Source of the DNA: Haliotis rufescens
Taxonomy: Eukaryota
Direction: 5' to 3'
DNA: 64,000 bases
Assembly (NCBI RefSeq): GCF_023055435.1
Contig: NW_025964223.1
Location: 38,502,001-38,566,000 of the forward strand
The notes beneath the pieces were generated by a model that had not been told where the DNA came from, did not search any database, and saw nothing but the letters and a program-made list of their open reading frames with translations. Position 1 is the stretch's first letter, and each line of letters opens with the position of its first letter. Below are positions 19,549 to 32,200 of the stretch, piece after piece. Both the position numbers and the translations under genes were made by a program.

Positions 19549-22500
19549 CTACACAATATATCTGAGGAATGGAGGAGCGGGATAACCACTGAGTTTGTTA
19601 TACACAGCACACTTCTTGAACTGACATGGCGACTCCCTCCATGCATAACGTATAGCCCCAATGGAGGGCTTCTCCTGAGAGTTGCATGCCTGCCCGTAGT
19701 AGAGCGTCACAGACGTAGTATCTGACTTCTGTATGGGTGCGGGGCGCCACACATCGTCAGACAGAGCACAGTAGGTCGACACATCAGTTGTCGGAGTTTG
19801 AATACAGCAGACCTGGCATAAAAAATGAACGTGTCTTGAAACGGATTTTATTGTTAGAATCTGTTTATTAATATCTACAAATCATCTTTAATCAGAAACA
19901 TTTAATTATCAAAAAATAATTAAATATATATTTTACTGCTTATTTTTCTTATCACGCAAATTGATAATTGTAACCCTTTCATAATCACAACAACAGCCAT
20001 CAATCAACTGTCTGGAGAAATCTCCGTTGCCTTCACTGCCTAACTGCTGACAAGATCAGAACCTAACCTTACCCAATTGCTTTGGAGTCAAACTATCACT
20101 AGATCCCAAAGGAAGAGTAAAAATAGAAATATTTGATTAGACCAACAATTTAGATTTAATTACATTTTTTCTACTAAATACACAAAAGCTTTGAGTTAAA
20201 GTTTACTAGTCTGGATCTATACCGGCTCCCTACTCAAACATATACTGACTTTGTTTTGACCCCTTACTGATGAGCGTCAGGTGATAACAACAAGTACCAT
20301 CTTTTAACGTCTTTAGGCATGACGGTGGTGCGACCACCGGTTTTCCGCTCTCTGGCTTATCTATATTACAATAATTATAATATAATTATATCAATAAATT
20401 AATGATCATAATTGAATGAGTGGTTAACACATGACACTTGCCTCGAACCCATCATTCGATCTTATTTCGATTCCCATTGGTTGATTATTATAGGTTACGA
20501 CAAGTGTTCTGTTGTCAACGGAGGGTACACGAAACGCTGCAGGGAAAGGTCCACGCAGGTTCACCATCTCCGTTCGGTTGTAGGCGACAGCCAGGCCCTC
20601 TGTACACAACCTCTGTGCCACGTCCTGCTTGTCACGGGGATGAATACTGTTTTGAAGGTAATTAATGTTCACGTAACCATCAGTTAGTTTATATTCAAAT
20701 CGTATTATCATATTGATCTATATTATATTATCTAAGCTTCCTCAATCATTTCTTAGCGAATGTTGATTACCAGGGCATTCAGCAAAATTCCAGATATTTG
20801 ACAATGACCAGCATGTTATCGACTCATCGAGGAATGAGCAACGATCCTCAGATGCTGGGATGCGACCCTATGTCACAGATCAGAGTCCCATTTTAGTCGC
20901 TTTTAACTGGGGACTAGGAGCCTTGTCCGACCCCGGAAGCACAACAGAGTTCTACCAGAAAAATATTTTTCATTTGTATTTGAATACACGTTATACCTTT
21001 TCAGTGTTAGCCTTAGAAAATTTAGGGTAGCACTTGCAAGGTTCCGATGTTCTTCACACGATCTTTTAATTGAAAAAGGTAGATATCAAAATATTCCGAG
21101 AGAAAATAGACTCTGTCCACTATGTGACCTAGGATTAATTGAGGACGAGTATCACTTTTTACTAGTATGTCCGCATTATGATGAACTAAGAAAAGTATAT
21201 TTACCAAAATATTTTCATATAAACCATTGTACATTTAAGTTTAAACTATTACTGACCACTAGCAACATCGAAACCATAAGAAATATTTCTATGTACATAT
21301 ATCATGCTTTTAAACAAAGAAAATCAAGTTTGGAACGTATATGATTGTACCAATTGCTCCTGTAATCATGATTGTACTATAGGCCTGTGGCCTCCTCAGT
21401 ACGTTGAATAAAGAAATTGAATACACGTTAGTATGAAAGTCAATTGGAAATGACGATGGACATAGTAACTGTTAACAAAGTAAGAACCAAACCGGAAGTG
21501 ATACTAACATTATATAGACGTTTACCAAGTTAAGTAAGTAACGTCTTACGTCAGTAATTTAATAGTAAATTACAAAGCAACATCTACTAAGACTGAATGT
21601 TATAACACCAGATAGATACACGTGGGTACCCTGTATACGGAGACGAGAAGTCCGGCAGGTCCATGGCCACCGCCATGAAGGTATTCTTCATCCTGTCGTT
21701 AGGGACGTAGCCATAGTCAGCTGTCTGGTGCCACCGAATGTCTGTGAAGCCGGTAGTAATGGTGTCATTGTTTCTGTATGGGGCAAGCTGGATATGTATA
21801 GAAAAAGAAACTATTAGAAGGCATGTATCTCGCGATACGCTTATACATAAAGAAGCATTTGTGTCATGATAGATATTGATTAAGCTATTGATGCTATGTA
21901 AGACTACCTGTACAAAGCCAAACGGAAATACATCTGATGTTTGAGACCCCGATCCTTGAGAGAACTTCATTCTCCAGTCGTCTATCATGGCGGGGAACGT
22001 GCAGTCATAGGTAGACACACCAGTGTCTGCATGGCGATTGGATTCTCCTAAAATATTCATATTTTGCTTACGACCATGACTGACAATTACAGTAGGTTAG
22101 GAATCATTGATATAATTTTTTAACAAATACTTTCAAGCCAAACATTTGTGTATGAACAAGATATTCTGAGTTTACTTTATTTACGATTTACTTAACATGG
22201 TGTGATGGACTAAAGGCTGGTAATTTATATCTGGCGGGCCCAGTGATGTTTGTCTGCATTAGCATGATATCTACAATCATGTCTTATACCGACATTCAGA
22301 TACTGGTCTGGCTTTTACACGTCCGATCACATAATGCACTTGCCAAACAAGGCCTACATTCCTTCTGACTTTATTCTTCTCCTATGCAGAAATATAATTA
22401 TGACAGATTCATTCCAGGTATTCATCAGAACGTTGCGCTAAAATAACTCTAAACTGTGAACTAACCTTGATACCAAATGGTTCCGTATATTGTCATATTC

Positions 22501-24865
22501 ACCAGCGGCCTGACCATTGCGTTCCAAAGTGACGAGAAACCCATTGCATCATGGTCCTGTCTTGAATTTGTTCCGACCCTGAAATGACATGCTTATATTG
22601 CATAAATGTCATTAACTTGTTAATATATACAGCGATATGGTGATATATATGAACTATTTTCTCAAGGTCTGTAGACCTAGAAAGACCATTTTAATCATCA
22701 ATGGAATCAAACTGAGTTTCTGATGTGACTATTAGTGATACTTTACACTTAAAGGACAGTGGGGTAGCCTTGTGGTTAAAGCGTTCGTTCTTCACGTCGA
22801 AGACCCGGGTTCGATTCCCTACATGGGTCAATATGTGAAGCCAATTTCCGGCGTTCCCCGTCGTGATATTGCTGGAATATTGCTAAAAGCGGAGTAAAAC
22901 AATACTCACCCACTTGACACTAATAAGCAGTTCATGTTCTTAGAGTATCGCTTGGGTGTAAGGCATGCTGTTGTTATCGTTACAGCAATCTATGTGAGCC
23001 ATTTGTAATACATTATACAATAATGTCATGTCTAACGACACCTGCTACGTGATGGCCGACCTGAGCGTGTTGCTGTCCATGTTGCACTTCTTAAGAGCAT
23101 CCAGAGAAGACCACAACTCTACACGTGTCCCTCCATAAGACGTTGCCAGGAGACCGATAGGATATTTTAGGGTGGATGAGAGGTATTTCCCATACAACCA
23201 GCACACACCAGAGAAGTACGACCATGGCGAATGTCCAAGGCTTTCTGCAAACACACACACGACCTAATTTAAAGCAACGTAAAGCCATTCGACGCTCCTA
23301 CCCATGTGGAGATTAAGCATTACCAGAAATTGTGGTAACGAAAAGAAGCTATTAACAAGTACACAAAAGCGCTGCTATAATTTGCTTGAAAATGTGCTGC
23401 TTTTTACTCATGTATTCTTCTTTCTAATGAACACGATGATTACGAGTTGTGTTAAGTGGGCAATGTCACTTACCATTAGAGGGTACCGACCATGTCTCCT
23501 CCACGGACAGTAGGTCGTACTGAGGGGTACTAGAGCCTCCAAGTGTTACTGTAAATACCCGGATATCTGGATGGTTCTCGGCATCAGCCATCTCCTCAGA
23601 AGCATTAAATGCCTGTCAAATAGCATCTCCTCTACATGACACACGTGAAGTTAATGTCATGTTTATTACTGAAATCTATATATAGTTGAGCTGCTTGAAA
23701 AAATAAGTGAGTGAGTGAGTGAATTTGGTTTAACACCAGTTTTTTTACAACATATTACAAGTTACTGATGTGTATGTTTCAGTTACTATGTAGTTGGTAG
23801 GCTAACTGTTTGTGGATTAATAACATTTCTTTGAAACAAAATGTTTCACCTTTTTGAAAGCAGAACCATGAAGACATGTATTCTTTTTATTTTATAAAAT
23901 TATCAAATCGAAAGTACTTTGTCGTTTTACTTAGTGAAAATAACCTATTCTGCCCCCATTATGGTGTACATTAACCAACATTCCAGGTATATGGGGCACA
24001 TATTGCTAAATGTACCAGGATGCGCTGTCCATGGCTTCCATCTTACCATATTCAAGGTAAACTGCATGTTGCTCTGCCCGGAACAGATCCACACATCGCC
24101 GAACATTACATCAGATAGAGTTATCCTCTCTTGACTGGTTTCTGCAGTGAGTGTGTGGGGCCCTCCAGGCGCCGTTTCCGGAAGTTGGAATGACCAAACA
24201 TTCGTCCCTGGAGAAGGGCCCATCCTACTCCTTGCTGTGCCAAGCGGTGTGGCGTCAAGAGAGATACGCACAATCTCCGAGACTCTTGATGCATAACCCC
24301 AGATGTTGGCTCTCTTTGGGGCTTTTTGTAAAACCATGTGGTCACCATAGTAACTAGCGAAACTCAAGTTTCGGTGGGAAAGCCCTTGCGTTGCTACCTC
24401 GGAAATAAATAAAATTATTTTATGACGTTTGTTTCGTAAATTTCAAAACAAAATACTAACAAAATTACAATTAATTATAGGACACGGGCGGAACTGTGGT
24501 GTAAGGCGCGGAACCTGGCTATACACAGTTGAGTACCTTAGGTGTATCATAAACCTTAGCTCGTGGGTTCGAATCTTTGTTCTCCCTGATTACATTTCTG
24601 GGTTTGTCAACACAATACCGTGCTTGTTGGTTCAACCAAAGTGGTAAAACGCCTGCATATCTTCAGGCTTTTCTCTCACAATAAGCTGGCTCGCCGCGAT
24701 ATAACTGCAATACTTTTTAAAGCGGCGTTTTACACAAAAAAATCACCAAAATATGCCATAACAGCTCTCCATGGTATCAATAACATCAACACCTTAATAC
24801 TTACATGCACACGTATATCCAATGCATGGAAATACCAACAAAAAGAAAGATACGCATTTCTTCAT
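19549..24865 (-). CDS. SIAE: Sialate O-acetylesterase-like SGNH hydrolase, copy 1 (9 exons)
   Basis: Exons (-): 24805-24865 (signal peptide MKKCVSFFLLVFPCIGYTCA), 24047-24393 (acceptor uncertain), 23474-23612, 23061-23244, 22466-22578, 21908-22047, 21630-21787, 20442-20646 (GC donor), 19549-19812. Motifs SFASYYGDHMVLQ, GDVWICSGQSNM (Ser nucleophile), YGGT, WYQGESN, D..SPY..IHPRDKQ, IRYAWRESPC. Confidence 0.9.
20994..21416 (+). mobile_element. 5'-truncated CR1/L2-type LINE 3' end in an SIAE copy 1 intron
   Basis: Frame RVALARFRCSSHDLLIEKGRY...RLCPLC...IEDEYHFLLVCPHYDELRK (typical ORF2 C-terminus); AATAAA near the end; 14-bp TSD TTGAATACACGTTA at 20980-20993 and 21417-21430. Confidence 0.88.
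22754..22913 (+). mobile_element. SINE family A
   Basis: GTAGCCTTGTGGTTAAAGCGTTCG...GGTTCGATTCCC...GATATTGCTGGAATATTGCTAAAAGCGG...ACTCAC. Confidence 0.9.
24480..24735 (+). mobile_element. SINE family C, diverged
   Basis: Colinear with 16194-16474 (TAAGGCGC, GTGGGTTCGAATC, CTTCAGGCTTT, AAGCTG..CGCGATAT..GCGGCGTT). Confidence 0.7.
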
Positions 24866-26237
24866 GTCGGCAGAATAGCACACTTTTGCCACATGGTGAC
24901 CTTGCGATAACGATCTTTCTTTTACCGTAATGTTTCTTCAAAAGTACCAACATAGCTGCTACACGGTAAAATCTAAAACAATACTAAATATTTAACTATA
25001 AGAATCTATCATTTCATCGTGTACATGAATGTATGTATTGTCGAATATTGTATTATCATAACTTGACAATGTGCTGTTTAGGTCAATTGCTGGATGTGTT
25101 CCATGTCGAATAATTCTTTTCCTGGTTAGCTGAAGCATATACTGTAACGAGTTGATTCCAAAAGTAGAAACGCGAAGGTTTACGCTGAAATTGGTACGTA
25201 CAGAACTAAATGTGAAATCAGTATAAAGACACGCAGGATCAATGAATAATCGACAAATATTATTGAGACACAGGTTTATGTTCAGCGTCACAAACGTTGA
25301 AATGGCAACACAGTGGGTCAATATATACAATATGTGTAGGCAGCAAGAAAAATCAGGCACTCTTGCAGAAGTCACTCATGAATGTCCAGAAATTGTCACA
25401 ATCGAATGTCTTGAGTGAGGCACGTATGCCATTCTTGAACGCAGGAAAGTGTTGGCAGCAGGCAGAAAATTCGGTGTTATGCAATAGGTAACCCGAGGCA
25501 AGGGAGTTAACTGACTGTAAAATTCCAGTTTTCACCCTTGCCGAACTAGGCTGGAATTTCAGAGTTCGATCGTAGCGCCAACAGTGGTTAATATCTGGTA
25601 ACAGTTACCTCGCGAAGCTGCTCCTTGAGGTGGTACTTCCCGGAAGTGAATCAACAACTGTAAACAAGCTCCTCACAGCGGAGCTCTCTATATCGAGATG
25701 ACGAAGATGTGCAGCGCTGGGACAAAGCTTGGATTGTAAACAACAATGGGAAGTCACTCTAATTTACGAGAAACAACACAGAACACACGACATTTTTTCA
25801 GCATTTCAATCTGTTGCCACTAACAATCATAATACTACATCTTTTGCCACATAACAATACAATTCACACAGTGTTACATCAGTTTTCTTCATTTTGGGCA
25901 ATATTGGAAACGATTTTAATTGCATAATGCATAGCCAGTGATTTTCAGTAATCTCTCCGTCAAAAGTTAGCTCCCTCTTATGTCCTCGATGCGTTTCGTG
26001 CACGTTTCAGTTCTATTGAATGTGACGTAATGGGATAAAATTTGGCATTACTGTTGTCAGTGAAGGGTATACGTACACGTGACTTAGATTGCAACAAATC
26101 GAAAACAAACACATGGCACCTTAGCAAAGGCTGAGATAGTGTCATCTGTGCCCAATATACAGGAGTAGAGATAGCAGTACTTGTGTTACAGTCTATCGTA
26201 TGTTGTGTAAACGTCTGTTCAAACACACCTCACATCG

Positions 26238-29200
26238 ATGACAACAATGGCAGTTGCTTTGTGGAGGAGTGTGTTTAGTGTAGGTATCATATGGTTCTAT
26301 TTGGCGGCCCAAGTAATCGTTATTGAGGCGGAAACAGGTAAATGAAACTAATCGTATTGGTTCGCACATGCGCAGAAACACGTGTTAGAGAATGAACGAG
26401 TTGGGTTTAACAACGCTTGGATTTGCACTCAGCAATATTTCAGCTATATGACTGCGGTCTGTGCATAATCGAGTCTGGATCAGACAGTCCAGTGATTGAC
26501 ATCACGAGCATCGATCTTTGCAATTGGGATACGATGACATGCATCAAGCAAGTCAGCGAGCCTGACCACGCCAGGCATAGTCGCATGTTAAGACAAACAT
26601 GAGTTGCTGAAGATCAATTCTAACTCGAATCTTCACGGTCCAACGCTTTGAAAGACAATCCAGTTGAAAGCATGGTGTAATACATATTATATTGAAACTT
26701 CTTTAGTCCCCGACCGCCTCCGTGGTCTAGTGGTGAGCCTGGAGAGCGAAGATCCGGGGTTTTTTAACAGAATATTCATACCAATTTCAAAACGGATAAA
26801 AGCTAAGATGTTAATCGCAGATGAGTATTATTTCATTACAGAGACCTTGAAAGCGAAACCATTCTCCTTCGCAAGTTACTATGGAGACCACATGGTTCTT
26901 CAACAAGCGCCTAAGAAAGCTGCAATCTGGGGCTATGCTTCAAAAGAAGGGGAGACAATTACATTGAACATTAGTGGTAAGGGACAGGTGCATACAACAT
27001 CCTTTAATGGACCTATGGCAGCAACCCCTGTGTGGTCAGTTCAACTTCCTGCCATCGATGCCGGTGGGCCTTACAACATCACAGCGACATCTAGCGAGGG
27101 CAGCATTGGCTTAACTGATGTGTTGTTTGGGGACGTCTGGATATGTTCGGGTCAGAGCAACATGCAGTTTACACTCAATATGGTAAGTTGTGTATGAGAC
27201 TAACCAGAGATCATACACCGATATATGGTATCTGGACTAACAGACATGTGTATAATTCAATGCATTATGTAAACACCATGAGGATCATTTACCTACCTAC
27301 ATTGTTGTATGGCTAGTGACATTAAATAAGATAAGTCATACTTTTCAAGGTTATAATATCTGTTATATATCAAGATGATATGAAACAACACTGTAACCTA
27401 TGAACCCCACCTTGATCCAGTGGATAGAGCGTCTGATCGGAGAGATATTTACCATCCCCAAACATACAAACGTGATAACGTCATTAACATATAATGTCAT
27501 TCTTCAGTTATGTGCTCGAAAAATCTAACTCTAGCGTCTCTCACAAACATTACCTAAACCTTGCATTTTTTCCTGCAATGTACCCTTTAGTATATATTAC
27601 GCCCGAAGGAAAGTGACGTGTCTGTCGGACAGTGACAACAGTCAATATAGCTCCAACTGAAACATGTTTCTTAAACAGTGGCGTAACTACATATAGGCAA
27701 AACAACAATTGCCGACACAAATTGTTTCGACTTGCCTTTCGCGGCAATTGATCGGTCTGTCCGCTAGAGTAACAGTCCTTTATCAAAGGGAAGCTATTCT
27801 GAACCTAGTTTATGAGACGTCACGTTTGATTAGAGTCTGCCTGTCCTGTCACAATGTTACGAAGTGCAGCGACAAAACGAAGCAAGGTAACAATCTGGGC
27901 ATATATATTTGGGACAAATCTAACTGTTTTAATTTGGGTAAAAAGTTCCAAGCTGCAGAGGTCTACAATGCCAGCCTAGTGTCCCCGCTAAATTGTTTCG
28001 CAATTTACATCTACAGTTACAAAACTTGTAAATTGCTTTAGCTACATGTACGCTACAGTTAGACACTAATTTTCAGTATACTAGACTATTCTTTTGATAA
28101 CGATAGCAATTATCCCAGTAGTTTCTCCAGATTCCCGATGGTTAAATCATTTTTATCTGTTGGCTTTATCCAGCCGAGGAACCTATCCATTATATGATAA
28201 TTATATCTATCAAGAGTAGTTTTACAGAATGGTTGTCTAGATGTTGGAAGTCGGTGCTTGGTCTAGTATTAGTTTAACGCGGATAAGATCAGCTTAATAG
28301 GGAACAAAGCTCAAACTAACGCAGGCTAAAGACGTGAACCACAGGAGCACTGGAGAAATTTACAGACAACAATCATGCCGAATTTAGGATTTGAACCAAC
28401 GAACAAAGGATACTGGCGACGATTAACTCTGCGAATTGGTGGCGCCTTAGATGGCTGGGCCACAGATGCCCTAGGTGTTTTGGTATCTTTGACTATTAAT
28501 GCAACCAAAATTAGTTCCTGATTTGGGGATTTTGAAAACCTTGTTGCCCAATTCACATTGCATGGTGCAGACAGTGGGTTTAAAAAATGTATTCTCATAG
28601 AAATGTTTTCCGTGTGTCACTGGAAAGTGCTACTGGTAATGCATCATTAGATGGTGCGATGTATTTAATTATTTCCAGGGCTTTAACAGTTCGGAAGAGG
28701 TCGCAGATGCTGTCAATCATCCCAACATCCGGGTGTTTACTGTGGCTTGGGGAGGGTCGTCGGTGGAACAATATGATCTTTTGAATGTCAATGAAACCTG
28801 GTCTGTACCTAATAATGGTAAGGGAATATGTTTAAGATATGAAAAGTTTGTGAAATATTAATATTTTCACAAAGCATCTGATCGTCACGCTGACAATCGG
28901 TATACACATTAATATACTACGTTTAACGGGTATCTACGCATAGGTGTGCGTTATTGCATGCTTGGCATGAGAGCCATCAANNNNNNNNNNNNNNNNNNNN
29001 NNNNNNNNNNNNNNNNNNNNNNNNNNNNNNNNNNNNNNNNNNNNNNNNNNNNNNNNNNNNNNNNNNNNNNNNNNNNNNNNNNNNNNNNNNNNNNNNNNNN
29101 NNNNNNNNNNNCCAGCAAAAGTACAGTCATATGGCGTCTGCCTGTACATTATTAAGATAATTCAGTGATTGATATTATGAACACCAATCCACATCTTCGG

Positions 29201-32200
29201 GGTACGATGACTCGCAATCAACCAAATCACCTAGCCATATTACCCTGCCAATGGGGTCCCTTCTCAAGACCAGCATAGATTGTTGGTGACCTATCCTAAC
29301 CCGGAATGTATAAACGTATATGTTTTTACCATTTATAAATTGTAACTGTGAACTGTTTGAATAAACGGATAACATCAAAGTTGATTTCAAGAATCCGTCA
29401 ATGGACCGGCTTGGTCGTACTTTTCGGAAGTCTGCTGGTTATACGGGAAGTACCTGTCGTCGCATCTCAAATACCCCATCGGCCTCATTGCGACGTCATA
29501 CGGAGGAACCCGAGTGGAGGCGTGGTCAGGTCCCGATGTTTTCAAGCAATGTGGCGTATCAGCGATAAATAAGAACGGGGATGTCAACCCGAATTCACCC
29601 TCAGTTCTGTGGAACGCAATGGCCAGACCATTCGTGAATATGACCATATATGGAGCCATTTGGTATCAGGGTTAGTATAATGTTTGTCACTGCTCTTTAG
29701 ATCTGTCTAAACAGGATTCTTTGGAGCATATACGTTTGTTCTCGATAGAGAATGAAAATAGAAATAGGCAAAATATTTCTGCATTTTTCATTGGTCGGAG
29801 ATGAATTTCATTTGTAATGCCGTACCAAACTTTCCGGCACGTCCAACCATTCTCCCTGCTTTGTACAAACCTCCCGTAGATCAGGCAAAGAACAAGTCCA
29901 ATTTGTACGTTACCGGACATAATACTAGTGTCTGACTGTTGTTGATTGCTGTTTGTTTGTTGTTTAACGCCGTATTCAACAATATTACAGCTACATGTAA
30001 ATAATTGAATCTGGACCAGACATCATGAACACCAATCCAAACAAGCTCGGAAGAGGTCAACCAAGTCAGGAGCCTTGACCACCCGATCCCGTTAGTCGCC
30101 TTTTATGACAAGCATAGTCGCCTATTACGACAAGCATAGTCGCCTTTTAGGGAAAGCAAGGGTTCCTGAAGACCTATTCTACCCCGGATCTTCACGGGAA
30201 TAGTGTCTGACTGGGATTTGTTACCCAAAGAGTGTTGTAGAATAAGAACCAGTTTGATATGTGTGTCAATATTCTGTGACCAGGTGAAGCCAATGCTGGA
30301 TCTCCAACAATGGACATGTACAGCTGTATGTTCCCAGCCATGATAGATGACTGGAGAGACAAGTTCCACCAAGGATCAGGAGGACAAACAGACCCAGCTT
30401 TTCCTTTTGGATTTGTACAGGTTAGATTCGCTACTACTTTCAAAACTAGCGATTATCTAAAAAAGGCGTATGCCTTGAGCCCTGTTGAGATTGTGTGAAA
30501 AATTGTGTGGATTTCTTATGTCATGCTGGCGACCAGTGTGTTATCAATTACCGTTTCTCATCTTCAAATACCCTGGATATATATGAGGTATTTGGCCTTA
30601 CGACAAACATTGTAGTTGAAATATTTGTTTTATTCTTGTGTTATTAAGATGTTGGCTATTCAATGTTAAATTAAATCAAGTGAGAAAAACTGGTTAATAC
30701 AAATAAAAGAATCCCAAAAGATATTGGAACAATTTGAATTATTAACAAACAAAAACAAATCAATGTAATTTATTCTTTCAGTATCTTAAAATTGTTCATA
30801 ATTATTATACTTCTCAACAATTCTCTTTCAAGATACCATATTTTTTTTAAACCGTTGTTAATAAGACCATCCTGTTGTAAGTGCAAGTTTCAAAATCGTT
30901 AGTAACGTTTGTCTTGTAAGAAATAAAAGCTCAATTAAAATATCTTTTGTCACTTCTCACTGAGGGGCGGTGGAGCAGCCTAGTGGTTAAAGCGTTCGCT
31001 GGTCACGCCGAAGACCCGGGTTCAATTCTCGAAATTGGTAAAATGTGTAAAGCCCATTTCTGGTGTCTCCCGCAGTGATATTGCTGAAATATTGCTAAAA
31101 GCGGCGTAAAACCATGCTCACTCACTCAATCCTCACTGAAAAGACAATTGTCCCCTTACAAATACATTTAACATGTGTGTATGTAGCTGGCACCATGGAG
31201 AGACAACGATACCCTAACTACCGGCTTCACAGACATTCGTTGGCATCAGACAGCTGACTATGGCTACGTCCCAAACGCCAGGATGAAGAACACCTTCATG
31301 GCGGTGGCCATGGACCTGCCGGACTTCTCGTCTCCGTATACAGGGTAAAGACCAACTTGTGTAGATTTCCTCTAAGATTGTATCACACACCAATATTCCG
31401 CATGCACAATGTACACATTATTTGTGAGGAAAAGAACATATTTATCATGGAATACCATACATGTCCGTTTCAGTATTCATCCCCGGGACAAGCAAGATGT
31501 GTCTATGCGTCTGTGTACAGCTGGACTTGCTGTGGCCTACAACCAAACTCGGTACTCCAAATTCAACGGTCCTTTACCTTCTTGGTTTACAATCTGGATG
31601 GCCGACGGCATTCTACAGATAGACTACGACAACAAAACAACAGTTCTGGAAATTAGATCAACAAGCGGTTTTGAGGTAATCAACATATAATGTCATACCA
31701 TTGACCAGTGAAGATACCAGTTAAAAGTCTTGCCTTAAGAAGCGACTAAGCTTGTCGTAAGAGGCGACTAACGGGATCAGGTGGTCAGGCTCGTTGACTT
31801 GGCTGATGCATCTAATCGTTTCCCAATTGCGATGCTCATAATGTCTTTTTGTCAATCCCCGGATTGTCTGGACCAGGATCGATTATTTACTGATCGCCGT
31901 CATGTGCCTGGAATATTGCAAGTGCGACCTTAAACAACATACCAACAAACAAACAAAATATAACGTCAACTCCAGAGAACAAACAGTCTCAACTATCTGC
32001 CGAAACAAATTTCATTGGGCGTAAAGAGTAAAATAGTGATGGAATTATACAAATGAAAAATCAGTGATAACACCCGGTGTTCTCGAAAAGGGCAGGCATG
32101 TCCTGGTCTACCCGTAGCACCCGCCACAAACACCATTAGTGTGAAAAAGTAAGTGTTTGTTTGCTGCCTAAAGTCGCACCCAACCTCTCTCGCCATACGA

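Noticed and set aside
28934-29160. ORFs containing X runs
   Set aside because: Artefacts of the N gap.
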